The notes below the pieces were generated by a model. That model was not told the DNA's origin. It saw only the letters and a list, made by a program, of their open reading frames with translations, and did not search any database. DNA of 36,308 nucleotides from a virus. How positions within the stretch are numbered: position 1 is the stretch's first letter; every line of letters begins with the position of its first letter. Both the position numbers and the translations under genes were made by a program. Below are positions 35,726 through 36,308 of the stretch, one piece after another. Where the stretch lies: the IMG/VR virus record IMGVR_UViG_3300044452_000161; one strand, written 5' to 3'.

Positions 35726-36097
35726 CTATTCGGCCTCCGCGTCTTGCTCGGACTTAAAGATCGGTGAAAGTTTCTCATCAAAAGCGGTCAAGAGATTTGA
35801 AAGAAGCTTCTTATCAAGTTTTCCGCTCTCTTTCATAGCAACCAGAGCACCATGTACCTCCGACGACCACTCCGCGACCGGTTTGAATTGATCCATCGGG
35901 ACAACGGCCTGTTGTGGCACCCAGCCAAGATCAACTAGGATTTGGCCTGGGGAGATGTTCTGTGATCCATCGTGAGGTTGAGAACCCATGTACATCAACA
36001 TCATTGATGTATCCGGGCTGTCTGGTTCAAAGGTGGCGCTGCCACCATCCCATTTCGCTTTGAAACTTTCTGTCGCGTAAACTTCACCAACACGCAT
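35726..36097 (-). CDS. Hypothetical protein
   Basis: 123 aa, AAAGGAG RBS. Confidence 0.6.
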   Translation of the reverse strand: MRVGEVYATESFKAKWDGGSATFEPDSPDTSMMLMYMGSQPHDGSQNISPGQILVDLGWVPQQAVVPMDQFKPVAEWSSEVHGALVAMKESGKLDKKLLSNLLTAFDEKLSPIFKSEQDAEAE

Positions 36098-36140
36098 GAC
36101 TTACTCCTTTGGTGTACTTGGTAACTTTGAGGTGACGGCG

Positions 36141-36308
36141 TCAGCCGTCCTTGATGACATCTTTGAAAGACAGGTCTTGGACGATCTCTGCGGCAGTCAC
36201 AAAGATATCGTGAAGGGCAGGGTTGTTGTCGCGCTGGTCCGCCATGTCTGCTTTCTTTAGGATAGCCTCAACGACGGCATTTTTTGTCTTGTGAAATACT
36301 TCATGGCT
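36141..36308 (-). CDS. Partial hypothetical protein (start lies beyond the window edge)
   Basis: Frame is open from the window edge to a TGA at 36141. Confidence 0.4.
   Translation of the reverse strand, partial: SHEVFHKTKNAVVEAILKKADMADQRDNNPALHDIFVTAAEIVQDLSFKDVIKDG

Noticed and set aside
1-36308. Genome-wide stop-codon reassignment
   Set aside because: Long conserved genes are intact under code 11; only one clear internal TAG was seen.
1-36308. tRNA or rRNA genes
   Set aside because: No cloverleaf or rRNA-like stretch was recognised by eye; tRNAscan-SE was not run.

Overview
This window looks like part of a large lytic dsDNA phage genome (standard genetic code; an alphaproteobacterial host is inferred). 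It carries rIIA/rIIB, a catalytic-domain-only tyrosine recombinase, an RNA-repair trio (HAD phosphatase, Rnl1-type ligase, P-loop kinase), a probable virion/receptor-binding cluster with LamG-like domains, NAD salvage genes (NadM-Nudix, NadV), a 1284-aa primase/ATPase-like protein and many small ORFs. Three things stand out. (1) An IS605-TnpB-like RuvC nuclease with an intact D-E-D triad (29150-30790, minus strand) ends 7 bp from a 6-repeat CRISPR array (36-bp repeats, five 30-bp spacers). No cas1/cas2 or tnpA is visible, and a hairpin-rich candidate omega/tracr-like RNA overlaps the gene's 3' end. This is a candidate phage-borne TnpB-to-Cas12 intermediate. (2) An exact ~4.15-kb inversion (23261-27410) with only a 3-bp CGC/GCG core splits a CCA-adding enzyme and a small membrane protein; re-inverting restores both in frame. 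(3) A palindrome TGTCA-N7-TGACA recurs upstream of many transcription units. All calls come from reading motifs by eye; no database searches were run.
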